Shown: positions 50,381-60,813, counted from the stretch's first letter. The stretch: 64,000 nucleotides of DNA from Kiritimatiellia bacterium (GCA_040767085.1 JAXGPF010000008.1:128001-192000), one strand, 5' to 3'. Notes: generated from the sequence alone by a model not told the origin. A program made the numbers and translations.

Positions 50381-50415
50381 GGCCCGGCGGCCGTTGTAGT
50401 TGTGGCCGCCGGGCC
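50381..50415. terminator. GC hairpin between convergent genes
   Basis: GGCCCGGCGGCC / GGCCGCCGGGCC 12-bp stem; no clear U-tract. Confidence 0.35.
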
Positions 50416-50440
50416 TTGCGCCTGAGGGCTGGCGGGACGT

Positions 50441-51502
50441 TCATTCCGGAATGAAAGATTCGCGGCCGGAGAGCGCCAGGATGGTTTCCGCCAGGAGTTT
50501 GACCGTGTCGTCCAAGTCGCGCAGTGAGACGACTTCCACCGGCGAGTGCATGTAGCGGTTGGGAATGCTGACCAGGGCGGCGGCGCAGCCGCCGCGCGCG
50601 AGTTGCATGGCGTTGGCGTCGGTGCCCGTGCCGCGCGGTTCGGATTGCATCTGGTGCTTGATGCGGCGCCGGCGCGCGGTTTCGCACAGCATCTGCCCCA
50701 GCACGGGATTGATATTGGGGCCGCGGTGCAGGATCGGGCCGCGGCCCACGCCGATGTCCCCGGTTTTCTTGGGATCGCCGCCGGGGTAATCGGCGGTGTG
50801 CCCGACATCTACGGCGATGCCGATCTGCGGCTGCACGCTGTAGGCGCTGGTGACGGCGCCGCGCAGGCCGACTTCCTCCTGCACGGTGGCGACCGCATGC
50901 ACGGCCACGTTCAATTTTTTGCCGCGCAATGCGCCCAGGGTTTCCGTGACCGCCCAGGCGCCGGCGCGATCGTCGAACGCCCGGCCGGCCGCGAAGCCGT
51001 TGCGCAGTTCCATGAATTCGCCGACCACCACCACGGCATCGCCGATTTCCACCGCCTGCAAGGCGTCCTTGCGGTCCTTGGCGCCGATGTCGATCCAGAG
51101 TTCATCCAGCTTGACGCCCTTGTTGCGGTCTTCCGGCGGAATTTGATGGATGGGCTTGCGGCCGATCACGCCGCGCACGTCGCCGCGGCGGTTGCGGATG
51201 CTGACGCGCTGGCCCAGGGCGACGGGGGCATCCCAGCCGCCGACATCGGCAAAATAGATAAAGCCTTTGTCGTCAATATGCGTGATCATCAGGCCGATTT
51301 CATCCACATGGCCGGCCAGCATGACCCGCACCGGCGCCTTGGCGTTCAAGACGCCGAAAACATTGCCATGCACGTCCGTGCGGACGGTGTCGGCGAATTT
51401 TTTCATCCGGGCGCGGATGACTTTCTGGGCCGGCGCTTCGAAGCCGGAAGGCGAAGGTTGTTCCATTAATTCCCGCAGAAATTTCAGGCTGTCAGCTTGC
51501 AT
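50441..51502 (-). CDS. M42-family metallopeptidase
   Basis: SPSGFE, AGHVDEIG, FDDRAG, VQEEVGLRGA, GTDA, RYMHSP.E. Confidence 0.95.
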   Translation of the reverse strand: MQADSLKFLRELMEQPSPSGFEAPAQKVIRARMKKFADTVRTDVHGNVFGVLNAKAPVRVMLAGHVDEIGLMITHIDDKGFIYFADVGGWDAPVALGQRVSIRNRRGDVRGVIGRKPIHQIPPEDRNKGVKLDELWIDIGAKDRKDALQAVEIGDAVVVVGEFMELRNGFAAGRAFDDRAGAWAVTETLGALRGKKLNVAVHAVATVQEEVGLRGAVTSAYSVQPQIGIAVDVGHTADYPGGDPKKTGDIGVGRGPILHRGPNINPVLGQMLCETARRRRIKHQMQSEPRGTGTDANAMQLARGGCAAALVSIPNRYMHSPVEVVSLRDLDDTVKLLAETILALSGRESFIPE

Positions 51503-51606
51503 GGTTTTTCTCCTGTGCGCCAAAGCAGTCGTTTCAGCGCGATGATAGTCCGTATTCCCGGCATCTCCGCAATAAAGGCCAACTATCGCAAACGCCGCCG
51601 CGCATG

Positions 51607-52434
51607 TCAAGCCCGCCAGCGCCAGGAGATTCCATCAAACGCGGCGCGGGCGCCGGGGAAGGCCCGGCGCGCGGCGCGGGCAATGGCGTCAATCTGGCGG
51701 TCGGTACGCCCGGGCGCATGATGGGTCAGAATCAGTTGCCGGATGCCGGCGGCGCGCGCGATTCGGACGCCCTGGGTCCAGACGCCATGTCCCCAGCCGC
51801 GGTAGCGCGGGTATTCGCGGGGGGTGAATTGGGCGTCAAAGATCAGCACATCCGCCTGCCGGCAGAATTGCAGGAATTGCGCATCGCCGGCGGCATCTCC
51901 CGGCTCGTAATCCGTGGCAATGACGATCGAGCGGGCGGGGGTGTCCAGGCGGTAGGCCAGGCAGGGTTGGGGATGGCGCACGGGACACCAGGAAATATCC
52001 ACGCCATACAGTGACCGGCGGCGGGAAGCCGGCAAGTCCCGCCAATGCAGGCATCCCCCGCATTTTCCCAATTCCACCGGCCAATAGGGCCAGCCGACCA
52101 GCCGGCGCAACGCGGCGCGCCAGCGCGGATAGCGCCGGGCATCCGCCATGAAGTTGATTTGGGCGCGCGGATCGTACAGCGGCGCAAACGCCGGCAAACC
52201 AATGACATGGTCGAGATGGAAGTGCGTAAAAAATATGGTGGTTGGCAGAGCCGGGGCGCCGCGGAGCGGCCGGCTGGCGTCGCCCATGCCGGTGCCGGCG
52301 TCGAACACCAGCAAGCCCGCGGGGGTGCGCAGGGAAAAACAGGTGGTCTGGCCGCCGTGCCGGAGGAAATGTTTTCCGCAGACCGGGAAACTGCCGCGCG
52401 TGCCGTGGATGGTAAAACGGTAATCGGCTGCCAT
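51607..52434 (-). CDS. MBL-fold metallo-hydrolase
   Basis: GTRGS.P, DAGTG, THFHLDH, TD.E, DAQ, GWGH, HH.P. Confidence 0.92.
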   Translation of the reverse strand: MAADYRFTIHGTRGSFPVCGKHFLRHGGQTTCFSLRTPAGLLVFDAGTGMGDASRPLRGAPALPTTIFFTHFHLDHVIGLPAFAPLYDPRAQINFMADARRYPRWRAALRRLVGWPYWPVELGKCGGCLHWRDLPASRRRSLYGVDISWCPVRHPQPCLAYRLDTPARSIVIATDYEPGDAAGDAQFLQFCRQADVLIFDAQFTPREYPRYRGWGHGVWTQGVRIARAAGIRQLILTHHAPGRTDRQIDAIARAARRAFPGARAAFDGISWRWRA

Positions 52435-52665
52435 GGGCGCTCCCCGCCAGTAGTTTACGTTGCTTAAGCGCCCGACAGCCTAGGCCATGCCCGCGCGAAT
52501 GTCAAAAAAAATGTTGACGGTTGAATGCCGCAGCTGTAGTACAATGGAATAGCGATGGCGCCTAGGGCGCCCATCGTCCGCGCTGCGCGCCAGTCGCGCA
52601 GCATGGCCCGGCGCCGGCGGCCGGAAGGGATTTTGGTTGGCCGGCATGTGGAAGGATCGCCGCTG

Positions 52666-54105
52666 ATGCCTGCAAAAAACAACGCGCAAATAGTGGATAA
52701 CACCGCGCCGCCGGCGCCTTGCGGCGCCGCGCCGAGCGCCCGCCAGCTGGCGTGGCATCGCCTGGAAACATACGGATTTGTGCATTTTACGGTGAACACC
52801 TTCACCGGCAAGGAATGGGGATATGGCGATGAAGCGCCCGCGTTGTTCAATCCGACGGAGTTCGATGCCGGCCAGATCGCCGAGACCGCCGCCGCGGGCG
52901 GGCTGGCCGGGCTGATCCTGACCTGCAAGCATCACGATGGCTTCTGTCTGTGGCCGTCCAGGTATACCGGGCATTCCGTCAAACATAGTCCCTGGCGGAA
53001 CGGGCGCGGCGATGTCGTGCGTGAAATCTCCGATGCCTGCCGGAACCGTGGCCTCAAATTCGGCGTTTATCTCTCGCCCTGGGACCGCAATCATCCGGAA
53101 TATGGCCGGCCGGCCTACCTCGCGTATTACCAGAACCAGTTGCGGGAACTGCTGACCGAATATGGCGAACTGTTCGAAGTCTGGTTCGACGGCGCCAACG
53201 GCGGCGATGGCTATTACGGCGGCGCCCGGGAACGCCGCGCGATCGATCATCTGACCTATTACCGCTGGCCGGAAATCGTCGCCCTGGTGCGCGAGTTGCA
53301 GCCGCAGGCCTGCATTTTCGGCGAGGCGGGCGCGGATATACGCTGGGTGGGCAACGAGATGGGTCATGCGGGCGATCCCTGCTGGCATACGATCGACGGG
53401 TCCCGCCGCCAGCGGAACCTGCTGGGGTGGCGCTACCTTGAGCAAGGCGAGTGGCGCGGTAATATCTGGCAGCCGGCCGAATGCGACGTTTCCATCCGGC
53501 CGGGATGGTTTTATCATGCCGCCGAAGATGAGCGCGTGCGCACGCCCCATAACCTGCTGGCGCTGTATTTCCATTCGGTGGGACGCGGCGCGGCGCTGAA
53601 CCTGAACCTGCCCCCGGACCGCCGCGGCTTGATTCATGCGCGCGATGCGGCCGCGCTGCGGGAATTCCGCCGGCTGCTGGACGCCATCTTCGCCCGCGAC
53701 CTGGCGCGCGCGGCGCGCGTTGAAGCCGACAATACCCGCGGCAACCATCCGGCTTTCCAGGCGGCCCATGCCGCCGATGGCCGGGCGGATACATACTGGT
53801 GCGCGGATGACCATGTGCGGCAGGCCAATCTGACGCTGGTTTTCCCGCGGCCGGTGGAATTCAATGCCATCAGCCTGCGCGAGTATCTGCCGCTGGGGCA
53901 GCGGATTGCCGGCTTTGCCGTCAGCGCGGGCGCGCGCGGCGGCTGGCGCGAGTTGGCCGCGGGCCTGAGCATCGGCCACCGGCGCCTGCTGGCCGGCGAA
54001 ACGATTCGGGCCGACCGGCTCCGGGTGGAGTTGCGGGGGGACGACGCTTGCCCGGCCTTGGCCGAAATTGCGGTGTTCAAAGGCGCGGATTTGCCGTGGC
54101 GTTAA
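52666..54105 (+). CDS. Alpha-L-fucosidase (GH29) with C-terminal F5/8-type domain
   Basis: FVHF..NTF..EWG, KHHDGF.LWPS, YLSPWDRN, WFDGA, DVSIRPGWFYH. Confidence 0.95.
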   Translation: MPAKNNAQIVDNTAPPAPCGAAPSARQLAWHRLETYGFVHFTVNTFTGKEWGYGDEAPALFNPTEFDAGQIAETAAAGGLAGLILTCKHHDGFCLWPSRYTGHSVKHSPWRNGRGDVVREISDACRNRGLKFGVYLSPWDRNHPEYGRPAYLAYYQNQLRELLTEYGELFEVWFDGANGGDGYYGGARERRAIDHLTYYRWPEIVALVRELQPQACIFGEAGADIRWVGNEMGHAGDPCWHTIDGSRRQRNLLGWRYLEQGEWRGNIWQPAECDVSIRPGWFYHAAEDERVRTPHNLLALYFHSVGRGAALNLNLPPDRRGLIHARDAAALREFRRLLDAIFARDLARAARVEADNTRGNHPAFQAAHAADGRADTYWCADDHVRQANLTLVFPRPVEFNAISLREYLPLGQRIAGFAVSAGARGGWRELAAGLSIGHRRLLAGETIRADRLRVELRGDDACPALAEIAVFKGADLPWR

Positions 54106-54142
54106 CCCCGCGGCGGCGCATGCGCGGAGCGGCACACCTGTC

Positions 54143-55015
54143 ATGAATATTTTGGATAAAATCAGCGACCCGGCCTGCCCGGACCCGAACTTGTCAGGCA
54201 AGACCGCGATCTTGCGGGACCGGCTGCGGGCCCTGCCGTCAGCCCTGGTGGCCTTCAGCGGCGGCGTTGACAGTTCCCTGCTGGCGGTGCTGGCGCAGGC
54301 GGCCCTGGGCGGCCGCGCCCTGGCCGCGACGGTTGTTTCCCCCTTGCTGCCGCGGGCCGACCGCGAAGCGGCCGGGCGGATCGCGGAACAGTATGGCTTG
54401 CGCCACGTCTGGCTCGAGATCAATCCGCTCCAGCATCCGGAACTGGCGGCCAACCCGCCCAACCGCTGTTATTATTGCAAAACCCTGGTCTTCCGCGCCC
54501 TGCGGAAGGCGGCGGCGGACCGCGGCCTGGCACAAGTTCTGGACGGCGAAAATGCCGACGATGCCGCGGACTACCGCCCCGGCCGGCAGGCGGCCCGGGA
54601 GCAGAACGTCATCAGCCCGCTGGCGGAAGCCGGTTTAACCAAGCAGGACATCCGCGCGGTCTCCCGTCTGCTGGGATTGCCGACCGCCGAACGTCCGGCG
54701 ACCGCTTGCCTGGCGTCCCGCGTGCCCTATGGCGTGCCGCTCACGGCCGAGGCCTTGAACCGGATTGATCGAGCGGAAACCATGCTGCGCGGCCTGGGCT
54801 TCGTACAGGTGCGGGTGCGCGCCCATGGCGATGTGGCGCGCATCGAACTGCCGGCGGACGATATCCCGCGCGCGGCGCGGCCGGATGTGCGCGCCGGCAT
54901 GGTCCAGGCCGTGCAAGACGCCGGTTTCCGTTATGCCGCCCTGGATTTGCTGGGTTACCGCACCGGCAGTTTGAACGAAACACTCGCCGGCGCGCACCCG
55001 TCAATGCCAGCGTAA
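54143..55015 (+). CDS. larE: LarE-family PP-loop sulfur transferase
   Basis: AFSGGVDS, RCYYCK, DYRPG..A, CLASRVPYG, VRVR.HG. Confidence 0.9.
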   Translation: MNILDKISDPACPDPNLSGKTAILRDRLRALPSALVAFSGGVDSSLLAVLAQAALGGRALAATVVSPLLPRADREAAGRIAEQYGLRHVWLEINPLQHPELAANPPNRCYYCKTLVFRALRKAAADRGLAQVLDGENADDAADYRPGRQAAREQNVISPLAEAGLTKQDIRAVSRLLGLPTAERPATACLASRVPYGVPLTAEALNRIDRAETMLRGLGFVQVRVRAHGDVARIELPADDIPRAARPDVRAGMVQAVQDAGFRYAALDLLGYRTGSLNETLAGAHPSMPA

Positions 55016-55045
55016 AGCCGGCGCTGTGCGGCTCGGATACGGCGC

Positions 55046-55139
55046 ATTACGTTCCAAATACGTTTCAAATACGTTTCATTACGTTTCAAATACGTTTCAT
55101 TGCGTTTCAATACGTTTCGTTGCGTTTCAAATGTGTTTC
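55046..55139 (+). repeat. Nine degenerate head-to-tail 10/11-bp repeats, consensus (A)AWTRCGTTTC
   Basis: Units ATTACGTTCC, AAATACGTTTC x2, ATTACGTTTC, AAATACGTTTC, ATTGCGTTTC, AATACGTTTC, GTTGCGTTTC, AAATGTGTTTC. Confidence 0.92.
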
Positions 55140-55208
55140 ATGCCGGTGCGCGCCTGATTGTCCGTCAAAAACATTGCCGGATTGAAGGCGGTTTGGCATA
55201 CTGTGCCC

Positions 55209-55877
55209 ATGCATGGCTTAAGCAACGATTGCTGGAACCGCATCGGCGCGGCGGGGGATCAATCCTGCCCGGAACTGCGGCGGCATGTGCATTGCCGCAA
55301 TTGTCCGGTGTTTGCCAACGCCGCCGGTCAATTGCTGGAGCGCGATCTGCCGGATGGTTACGCCCGCGAGTGGGCCGGCCGGCTGGCGGAGCCGGTCCGT
55401 TCCGCCGCGGCGGCCGATGACAGTTTGACCGTGTTTCAGGTCGGCGCGGAGTGGCTGGCGCTGCCCTCCGCCGTGTTCCGGGAGGTGGCGGCGGTGCAGA
55501 CAGTGCGCGTGATTCCGCACCGTTCCAACGCGGTGCTGCTGGGCCTGGTGGCTGTACGGGGCGCGCTTCATTTATGCTTTTCCATGGCGGCTTTGCTGGG
55601 CCTCGCGCCGGCGGACACCCCCCCCGCGGATGCGGCCCGTTCCGTTATTGCGCCCCGGCATTGCCTGCTGGACGACCGCGGGCAGGGCTGGGTGTTTCAG
55701 GCGGATGCGGTGCTGGGCCTGCGCCGGTTCCAGGCCGCGGACCTGCGGCCGCCCCCCGCCACGGTGGCGCATGCCTTGCCGCAATTCAGCCGGGGTTTGC
55801 TTGACCATGCCGGTCATGCGGTCGGCGTGCTGGATGCGGAACTGTTGTTCAAGGCGCTGGCCGGAGTAAAGGCATGA
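55209..55877 (+). CDS. wspD: CheW-like scaffold, WspD type
   Basis: N-terminal DCWNRIG..GD.SCPEL..HVHCRNC characteristic of WspD; CheW core. Confidence 0.85.
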   Translation: MHGLSNDCWNRIGAAGDQSCPELRRHVHCRNCPVFANAAGQLLERDLPDGYAREWAGRLAEPVRSAAAADDSLTVFQVGAEWLALPSAVFREVAAVQTVRVIPHRSNAVLLGLVAVRGALHLCFSMAALLGLAPADTPPADAARSVIAPRHCLLDDRGQGWVFQADAVLGLRRFQAADLRPPPATVAHALPQFSRGLLDHAGHAVGVLDAELLFKALAGVKA

Positions 55878-58165
55878 AGGACTTGAGCGGATTTTCCATG
55901 CTGGACTTGTTCCGCCAGGAGGCGGAAGCCCAGAATGAAATTTTGAATGCCGGGCTCCTGGCGCTGGAACAGGGCGGCGCGGCGCCGGAAAAACTGGAAG
56001 CCATGATGCGCGCGGCGCATTCGCTCAAGGGGGCCGCCCGCATTGTCGGACTCGATGCCGCCGTCAAGGTGGCGCATGCGCTGGAAGATTGTTTTGTCGC
56101 CGCGCAGAAAAAAATGCTCCGGATCACCCCGCCGGACGCCGACCTGCTGCTGCGGGCGGTGGATTTGCTGGGGGCCATTGCCGCCGCTCCGGAAGATCCC
56201 GCGGCGCCCTGGCGGGCCGGCGATGCGGCCCCGGTGGCGCAAGTGTTGCGGCAGTTGGATCAGGTTCTGCATGGCGCCGCCGCAGCCGGCTCCGCCGCCG
56301 CAGTCCAACCCGCCGCCATCGCGAAGACGCCGGCCGCCGGGGATGCGCCCCCGCCCGCCGACACCCCGCAGCCTGCCGACACCCAGTCCGCCACCGGGCA
56401 ACCCGTTCCGGCGGCGCCGGCCGCCGGGCCGGATCGCACGGTGCGCATAGCGGCGGAAAGTCTCAGCCGCCTGGTGGAACTGGCGGGCGAGGCGTTGGTG
56501 CGGACGCGCTGGCATACGCCGTATGCCGGCGCCTTGACCGGGTTAAAAAATGCGCTCGCGGCTTTGGCCCGGCAGACGGATCAACTGGCCAGCCGGTCCC
56601 AGCAGCATGCGGATATTCAGCCGTCGGAGTGTGCCGACCTGCTGCGCCAGATTGGTGAAATCCGCAAGCAAGTCGGACAGTTGCAGGCGGATTTCGACTC
56701 CAGCGCGCATCGCTCGGCGGATTTAACCGAACGGATTTACCAGGAAGTTGTCGCCAGCCGCATGCGGCCGCTGGCCGACGGCGTGCAGGGCCTGCCGCGG
56801 ATGGTGCGCGATCTGGCGCGGCAACTGGGCAAGCAGGTCCAGTTCGAAATCACCGGCCGGGATACCGGCGTGGACCGCGAAATCCTGGCGCGCCTGGAGG
56901 CTCCGGTGACGCATTTGCTGCGCAATGCCCTGGACCACGGACTGGAAACTCCGGCGGAGCGCCAGGCGGCCGGCAAGCCGCCCGCCGGCCATTTGCAATT
57001 GGAAGCCCGGCACCATGCCGGGCAGTTATGGGTCACGGTTGCCGATGACGGCCGCGGCATGAACATCGAGGGCATCCGGCGCAAGGCGGCCGCCCGCGGC
57101 TTGAGCGCGCCGGAGACCCTGGCGCGCATGTCGGATGAAGAAGTGCTGGAGTTCCTGTTTTTGCCGGGTTTTTCCACGGCGGAAGCCGTTTCGGAAATCT
57201 CGGGCCGGGGCGTGGGGCTGGACGTGGTGCAGAGCCTGGCCCGGGAGCTGGGCGGCGCCGCGCGCCTGGAAAACCGGCCTGGGCGCGGCGCGGCTGTGCA
57301 TCTGCATCTGCCCATCACTCTGTCAGTGCTGCGCGCGCTGCTGGTGGAAATAGGCGGCGCGCCCTACGCGCTGCCGCTGACGCGCGTCGCCCGCCTGGTT
57401 CAGCCAGCGCCCGGCGATTGGCGCATGCTGGAAGGACGGCGTTACCTGGCGCTGGAAGGGCGGGATATCGGGGTGGTGGATGCCGCGGAAGTTTTGGGGC
57501 TGCCGCCGCCTGCCGCTTGTGAGGCCGGCCCGGTGGTAATCCTGGGCGGAGGCGTTGAGACTTACGGATTAGCGGTGGAGCGGCTGCTGGGCGAATGCAA
57601 GCTGGTGGTGCGGCGGCTGGATGCGCGGCTGGGCAAAGTGCGCGATGTCAATGCCGCGGCGTTGCTGGATGATGGCACGCCGGCGTTGATCCTGGACGCG
57701 GATGATTTGACGCGTTCCATCGAAACCATGCTGGGCCGCGGCGGATTGAAACATTCCGTCCGGCCGGCGGCCGGCGCGTCCCAGCAGCGTCAACAGGCGG
57801 TTTTAGTGGCGGATGATTCCATCACCGTGCGCGAGATCGAACGGCGCCTCCTGGAAAACCGCGGCTACCATGTGGATACGGCGGTGGACGGCATGGAGGC
57901 CTGGAACCTTCTACGGGAAAACCAGTACGATTTGCTGGTGACGGATGTGGACATGCCGCGCCTGGGCGGGATCGAGCTGGTGCAGAACCTGCGCCGGGAT
58001 GCCCGGCTGCGCGAGTTGCCGGTGGTGGTGGTTTCCTACAAGGACCAGGAAGATGACCGGCGGCGCGGCATGGAAGCCGGCGCCGATTATTACCTGACTA
58101 AGAGCAGCTTTCAGGATGAAACCTTTATCCGGGCCGTCGCGGATTTGCTGGGGGGGACTGACTGA
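55874..58165 (+). CDS. wspE: Hybrid CheA-like kinase with receiver, WspE type
   Basis: Hpt AHSLKGAAR; HLLRNALDHG; SGRGVGLDVV; CheW; REC (VADDS, TDVDMP). Confidence 0.9.
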   Translation: MKDLSGFSMLDLFRQEAEAQNEILNAGLLALEQGGAAPEKLEAMMRAAHSLKGAARIVGLDAAVKVAHALEDCFVAAQKKMLRITPPDADLLLRAVDLLGAIAAAPEDPAAPWRAGDAAPVAQVLRQLDQVLHGAAAAGSAAAVQPAAIAKTPAAGDAPPPADTPQPADTQSATGQPVPAAPAAGPDRTVRIAAESLSRLVELAGEALVRTRWHTPYAGALTGLKNALAALARQTDQLASRSQQHADIQPSECADLLRQIGEIRKQVGQLQADFDSSAHRSADLTERIYQEVVASRMRPLADGVQGLPRMVRDLARQLGKQVQFEITGRDTGVDREILARLEAPVTHLLRNALDHGLETPAERQAAGKPPAGHLQLEARHHAGQLWVTVADDGRGMNIEGIRRKAAARGLSAPETLARMSDEEVLEFLFLPGFSTAEAVSEISGRGVGLDVVQSLARELGGAARLENRPGRGAAVHLHLPITLSVLRALLVEIGGAPYALPLTRVARLVQPAPGDWRMLEGRRYLALEGRDIGVVDAAEVLGLPPPAACEAGPVVILGGGVETYGLAVERLLGECKLVVRRLDARLGKVRDVNAAALLDDGTPALILDADDLTRSIETMLGRGGLKHSVRPAAGASQQRQQAVLVADDSITVREIERRLLENRGYHVDTAVDGMEAWNLLRENQYDLLVTDVDMPRLGGIELVQNLRRDARLRELPVVVVSYKDQEDDRRRGMEAGADYYLTKSSFQDETFIRAVADLLGGTD

Positions 58166-59184
58166 TGCGGGTGGCCATCGTCAACGACATGCGGATGGCG
58201 GTGGAGGCGCTGCGCCGGATCGTGGCGGCCTGCCCCGGGCATTCGGTGGCCTGGGTGGCCCGCGACGGCGCGGAAGCGGTGGCCAACTGCGCGGCCGACA
58301 CGCCGGATGTGATCCTGATGGATTTGATCATGCCGGTGATGAACGGGGTGGAGGCGACGCGGGAAATCATGCGGCATTCGCCTTGCGCCATCCTGGTGGT
58401 GACGGCCACAGTGGACGGCAATATCGCCCTGGTTTTCGAAGCGATGGGCCATGGCGCGTTGGACGCCGTGAATACCCCCGTGCTCGGGCCGGACGGGCGG
58501 CTGGAAGGCGCCGGGGAACTGCAACGCAAGCTGGACGTCATCAGCCGCCTGCTCGGCCGTGAATCCGCCGCTCTGCCGCCGCCGGCCGCGCCGGCCGCGC
58601 CGCGCGCGGATAAAATGCCGCTGGTATTGTTTGGCGCTTCCACCGGCGGTCCGGCGGCCATGGCCGATATTTTAAGCGGATGGCCATCCGGCATCGCCGC
58701 CGCGCTGGTGGCGGTGCAGCATGTGGATGCCCAGTTCGCCCCGGACCTGGCCGCCTGGTTGAATCGGCGCGGGCGTTTGCGGGTGGCGGTGGCGGAGCCG
58801 GGCCGCCCGCCGCCCGCCGGCATGCTCAGTCTCGCCTGCACCAACGATCACATGGTGTTCGACCCGGCCGGCGCCCTGCAGTATGTGCGCGAGCCGCAGG
58901 ATTGTTTTTACCGCCCGTCGGTGGATGTGTTTTTCCGGAGCGCGGCGCGCCATTGTCCGGCCGCCGGCGTGGCCGTTTTATTGACCGGCATGGGCCGCGA
59001 CGGCGGGGCGGGCCTGCTGGAGCTGCGCCGTAGCGGCTGGCGCACCATCGCGCAGGACGAGCGGAGCTCCGTCGTTTACGGCATGCCCCGCGCCGCCGCG
59101 GAATTGGGCGCCGCGGAGGAAATCCGCCCGCTGGCGGAAATCGCCGGCGCCGCGGTCCAGGCGCTGCAACGGGGGAACCGGTAA
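58165..59184 (+). CDS. wspF: REC-CheB methylesterase, WspF type
   Basis: MRVAIVND; GASTGG, QHVD, TGMG.DG triad. Confidence 0.9.
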   Translation: MRVAIVNDMRMAVEALRRIVAACPGHSVAWVARDGAEAVANCAADTPDVILMDLIMPVMNGVEATREIMRHSPCAILVVTATVDGNIALVFEAMGHGALDAVNTPVLGPDGRLEGAGELQRKLDVISRLLGRESAALPPPAAPAAPRADKMPLVLFGASTGGPAAMADILSGWPSGIAAALVAVQHVDAQFAPDLAAWLNRRGRLRVAVAEPGRPPPAGMLSLACTNDHMVFDPAGALQYVREPQDCFYRPSVDVFFRSAARHCPAAGVAVLLTGMGRDGGAGLLELRRSGWRTIAQDERSSVVYGMPRAAAELGAAEEIRPLAEIAGAAVQALQRGNR

Positions 59185-59215
59185 CGCTGCCGCGTGGGCT
59201 TATCAAAGGGAAAAC

Positions 59216-60421
59216 ATGCAAACTGACAATCAAAACACCGTCCGGCCGCCGCCGCATGGCATCCGGGTCTTCCTGGTGGACGACCAGGCGATGATCGGCG
59301 AGGCCGTGCGCCGCATGCTCGAGCCGGAATCCGATATTACCTTCCAGTATTGCGCCGATCCGGCCGCCGCCGTCAGGCAGGCCGAGGCCTTTGCGCCAAC
59401 CGTGATCCTGCAGGACCTGGTGATGCCGGAGATTGACGGATTGACCCTGGTGAAATTCTACCGCGCGCATCCCGCGACGCGCGATGTGCCCCTGATCGTT
59501 TTATCAACCAAGGAGGAGCCGGCGACCAAGGCCGAGGCCTTCGCCCGGGGCGCCCACGATTACCTGGTGAAACTGCCCGACCGCGTGGAATTGGTTGCGC
59601 GCATCCGCCACCATTCCGGCGGCTACATCAACCTGTTGCAGCGGAACGAAGCTTATCGCGCCCTGGTGGCCAGCCAGGAAGCGCTGGCCGCCGAACTGGC
59701 GGAAGCGGCCGCTTACGTGCAATCGCTCCTGCCGCCGCCGCTGAACGAAGGCCTGGTGCGGACGGCCTGGCGTTTCATTCCCTCGGCCCAGCTTGGCGGC
59801 GACGCCTTCGGGTACCATTGGCTGGATGACGACCACTTGAGCTTGTACCTCCTGGATGTTTGCGGGCATGGGGTGGGCGCGGCCCTGCTGTCCATCTCGG
59901 CTATGAACGTCCTGCGTTCCCAGGCATTGCCGCACACGGATTTTCATGATCCGGGACAGACCTTGTCGTCCCTGAACGAAGCCTTCCTGATGGAAAAACA
60001 CAATAACATGTATTTCACCATCTGGTACGGGGTGTATGACCGGGTGGCCGGCGCGCTCCGCTATGCCAGCGCCGGCCACCCGCCGGCGCTTCTCATGTCC
60101 CCGTCCGCCGGCGCCCCGGCGGTCAGGGAACTGCGCACGCGCGGCATGGTGCTGGGCGGGCTGGCCGGCGCATCGTACTCCAGCGCCGCCTGCGATGTGC
60201 CGCCGGGAAGTTCCATTTTCCTGATGAGCGACGGCGTGTATGAAGTCAGCCGGCCCGACGGCACCATGTGGTCGTTTCCCGAGTTCGTGCAATGCCTGAC
60301 CGAGGCCGCCGCCGCCGGCCGGCCGGAAATCGCCGAGGTGGAGCGCCGTGTCCGCGCCTGGCGCGGCCCGGGGGCGCTGGAGGATGATTTTTCGATTGTG
60401 AAGTTCGCCTTCCCGTGTTAA
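59216..60421 (+). CDS. WspR-like receiver fused to SpoIIE/PP2C phosphatase
   Basis: VDDQAMIGEAVRR...QDLVMP...DYLVKLPD; GGD, DVCGHG, AGHPP, SDG, DD; no GGDEF. Confidence 0.92.
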   Translation: MQTDNQNTVRPPPHGIRVFLVDDQAMIGEAVRRMLEPESDITFQYCADPAAAVRQAEAFAPTVILQDLVMPEIDGLTLVKFYRAHPATRDVPLIVLSTKEEPATKAEAFARGAHDYLVKLPDRVELVARIRHHSGGYINLLQRNEAYRALVASQEALAAELAEAAAYVQSLLPPPLNEGLVRTAWRFIPSAQLGGDAFGYHWLDDDHLSLYLLDVCGHGVGAALLSISAMNVLRSQALPHTDFHDPGQTLSSLNEAFLMEKHNNMYFTIWYGVYDRVAGALRYASAGHPPALLMSPSAGAPAVRELRTRGMVLGGLAGASYSSAACDVPPGSSIFLMSDGVYEVSRPDGTMWSFPEFVQCLTEAAAAGRPEIAEVERRVRAWRGPGALEDDFSIVKFAFPC

Positions 60422-60489
60422 ATTGCCGCATGTCCAGTAATAATACGCAGCCTGCCATTAACTCAAACTCAAACAAAACGAGGTGCACA

Positions 60490-60813
60490 ATGCAAATTTC
60501 CTCAAACGTCCGCGATGACAATACGATCGTTTCGATTGCCGGCCGCCTGGATTCCGGGACGTCCGCGGAAGCGGAAAAACAGTTGCTGGCCCTGGTGGAA
60601 CGCGGCGCCCGCAAGATCGTGCTGGATTGCGCCGGTCTGGAGTATGTCAGCAGCGCCGGGCTGCGGGTGATGCTGGCGGTTGCCAAGCGCATGGGCGGCT
60701 TGCAGGGCCGTTTGACGCTGGCGGCGCCCGCGGCGCAAGTGCGCGAAATTCTGGATATCGCCGGTTTCGGCGACATTCTCCCTGTTTTTGCCACGGTGGA
60801 AGAGGCGCTTTGA
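60490..60813 (+). CDS. STAS anti-sigma factor antagonist
   Basis: GRLD...LEYVSSAGLR with phospho-acceptor Ser. Confidence 0.92.
   Translation: MQISSNVRDDNTIVSIAGRLDSGTSAEAEKQLLALVERGARKIVLDCAGLEYVSSAGLRVMLAVAKRMGGLQGRLTLAAPAAQVREILDIAGFGDILPVFATVEEAL

Noticed and set aside
55046-55139. CRISPR array
   Set aside because: Units are 10-11 bp, contiguous, with no spacers and no cas genes
59216-60421. Calling this gene wspR
   Set aside because: No GGDEF domain; the C-terminus has PP2C motifs
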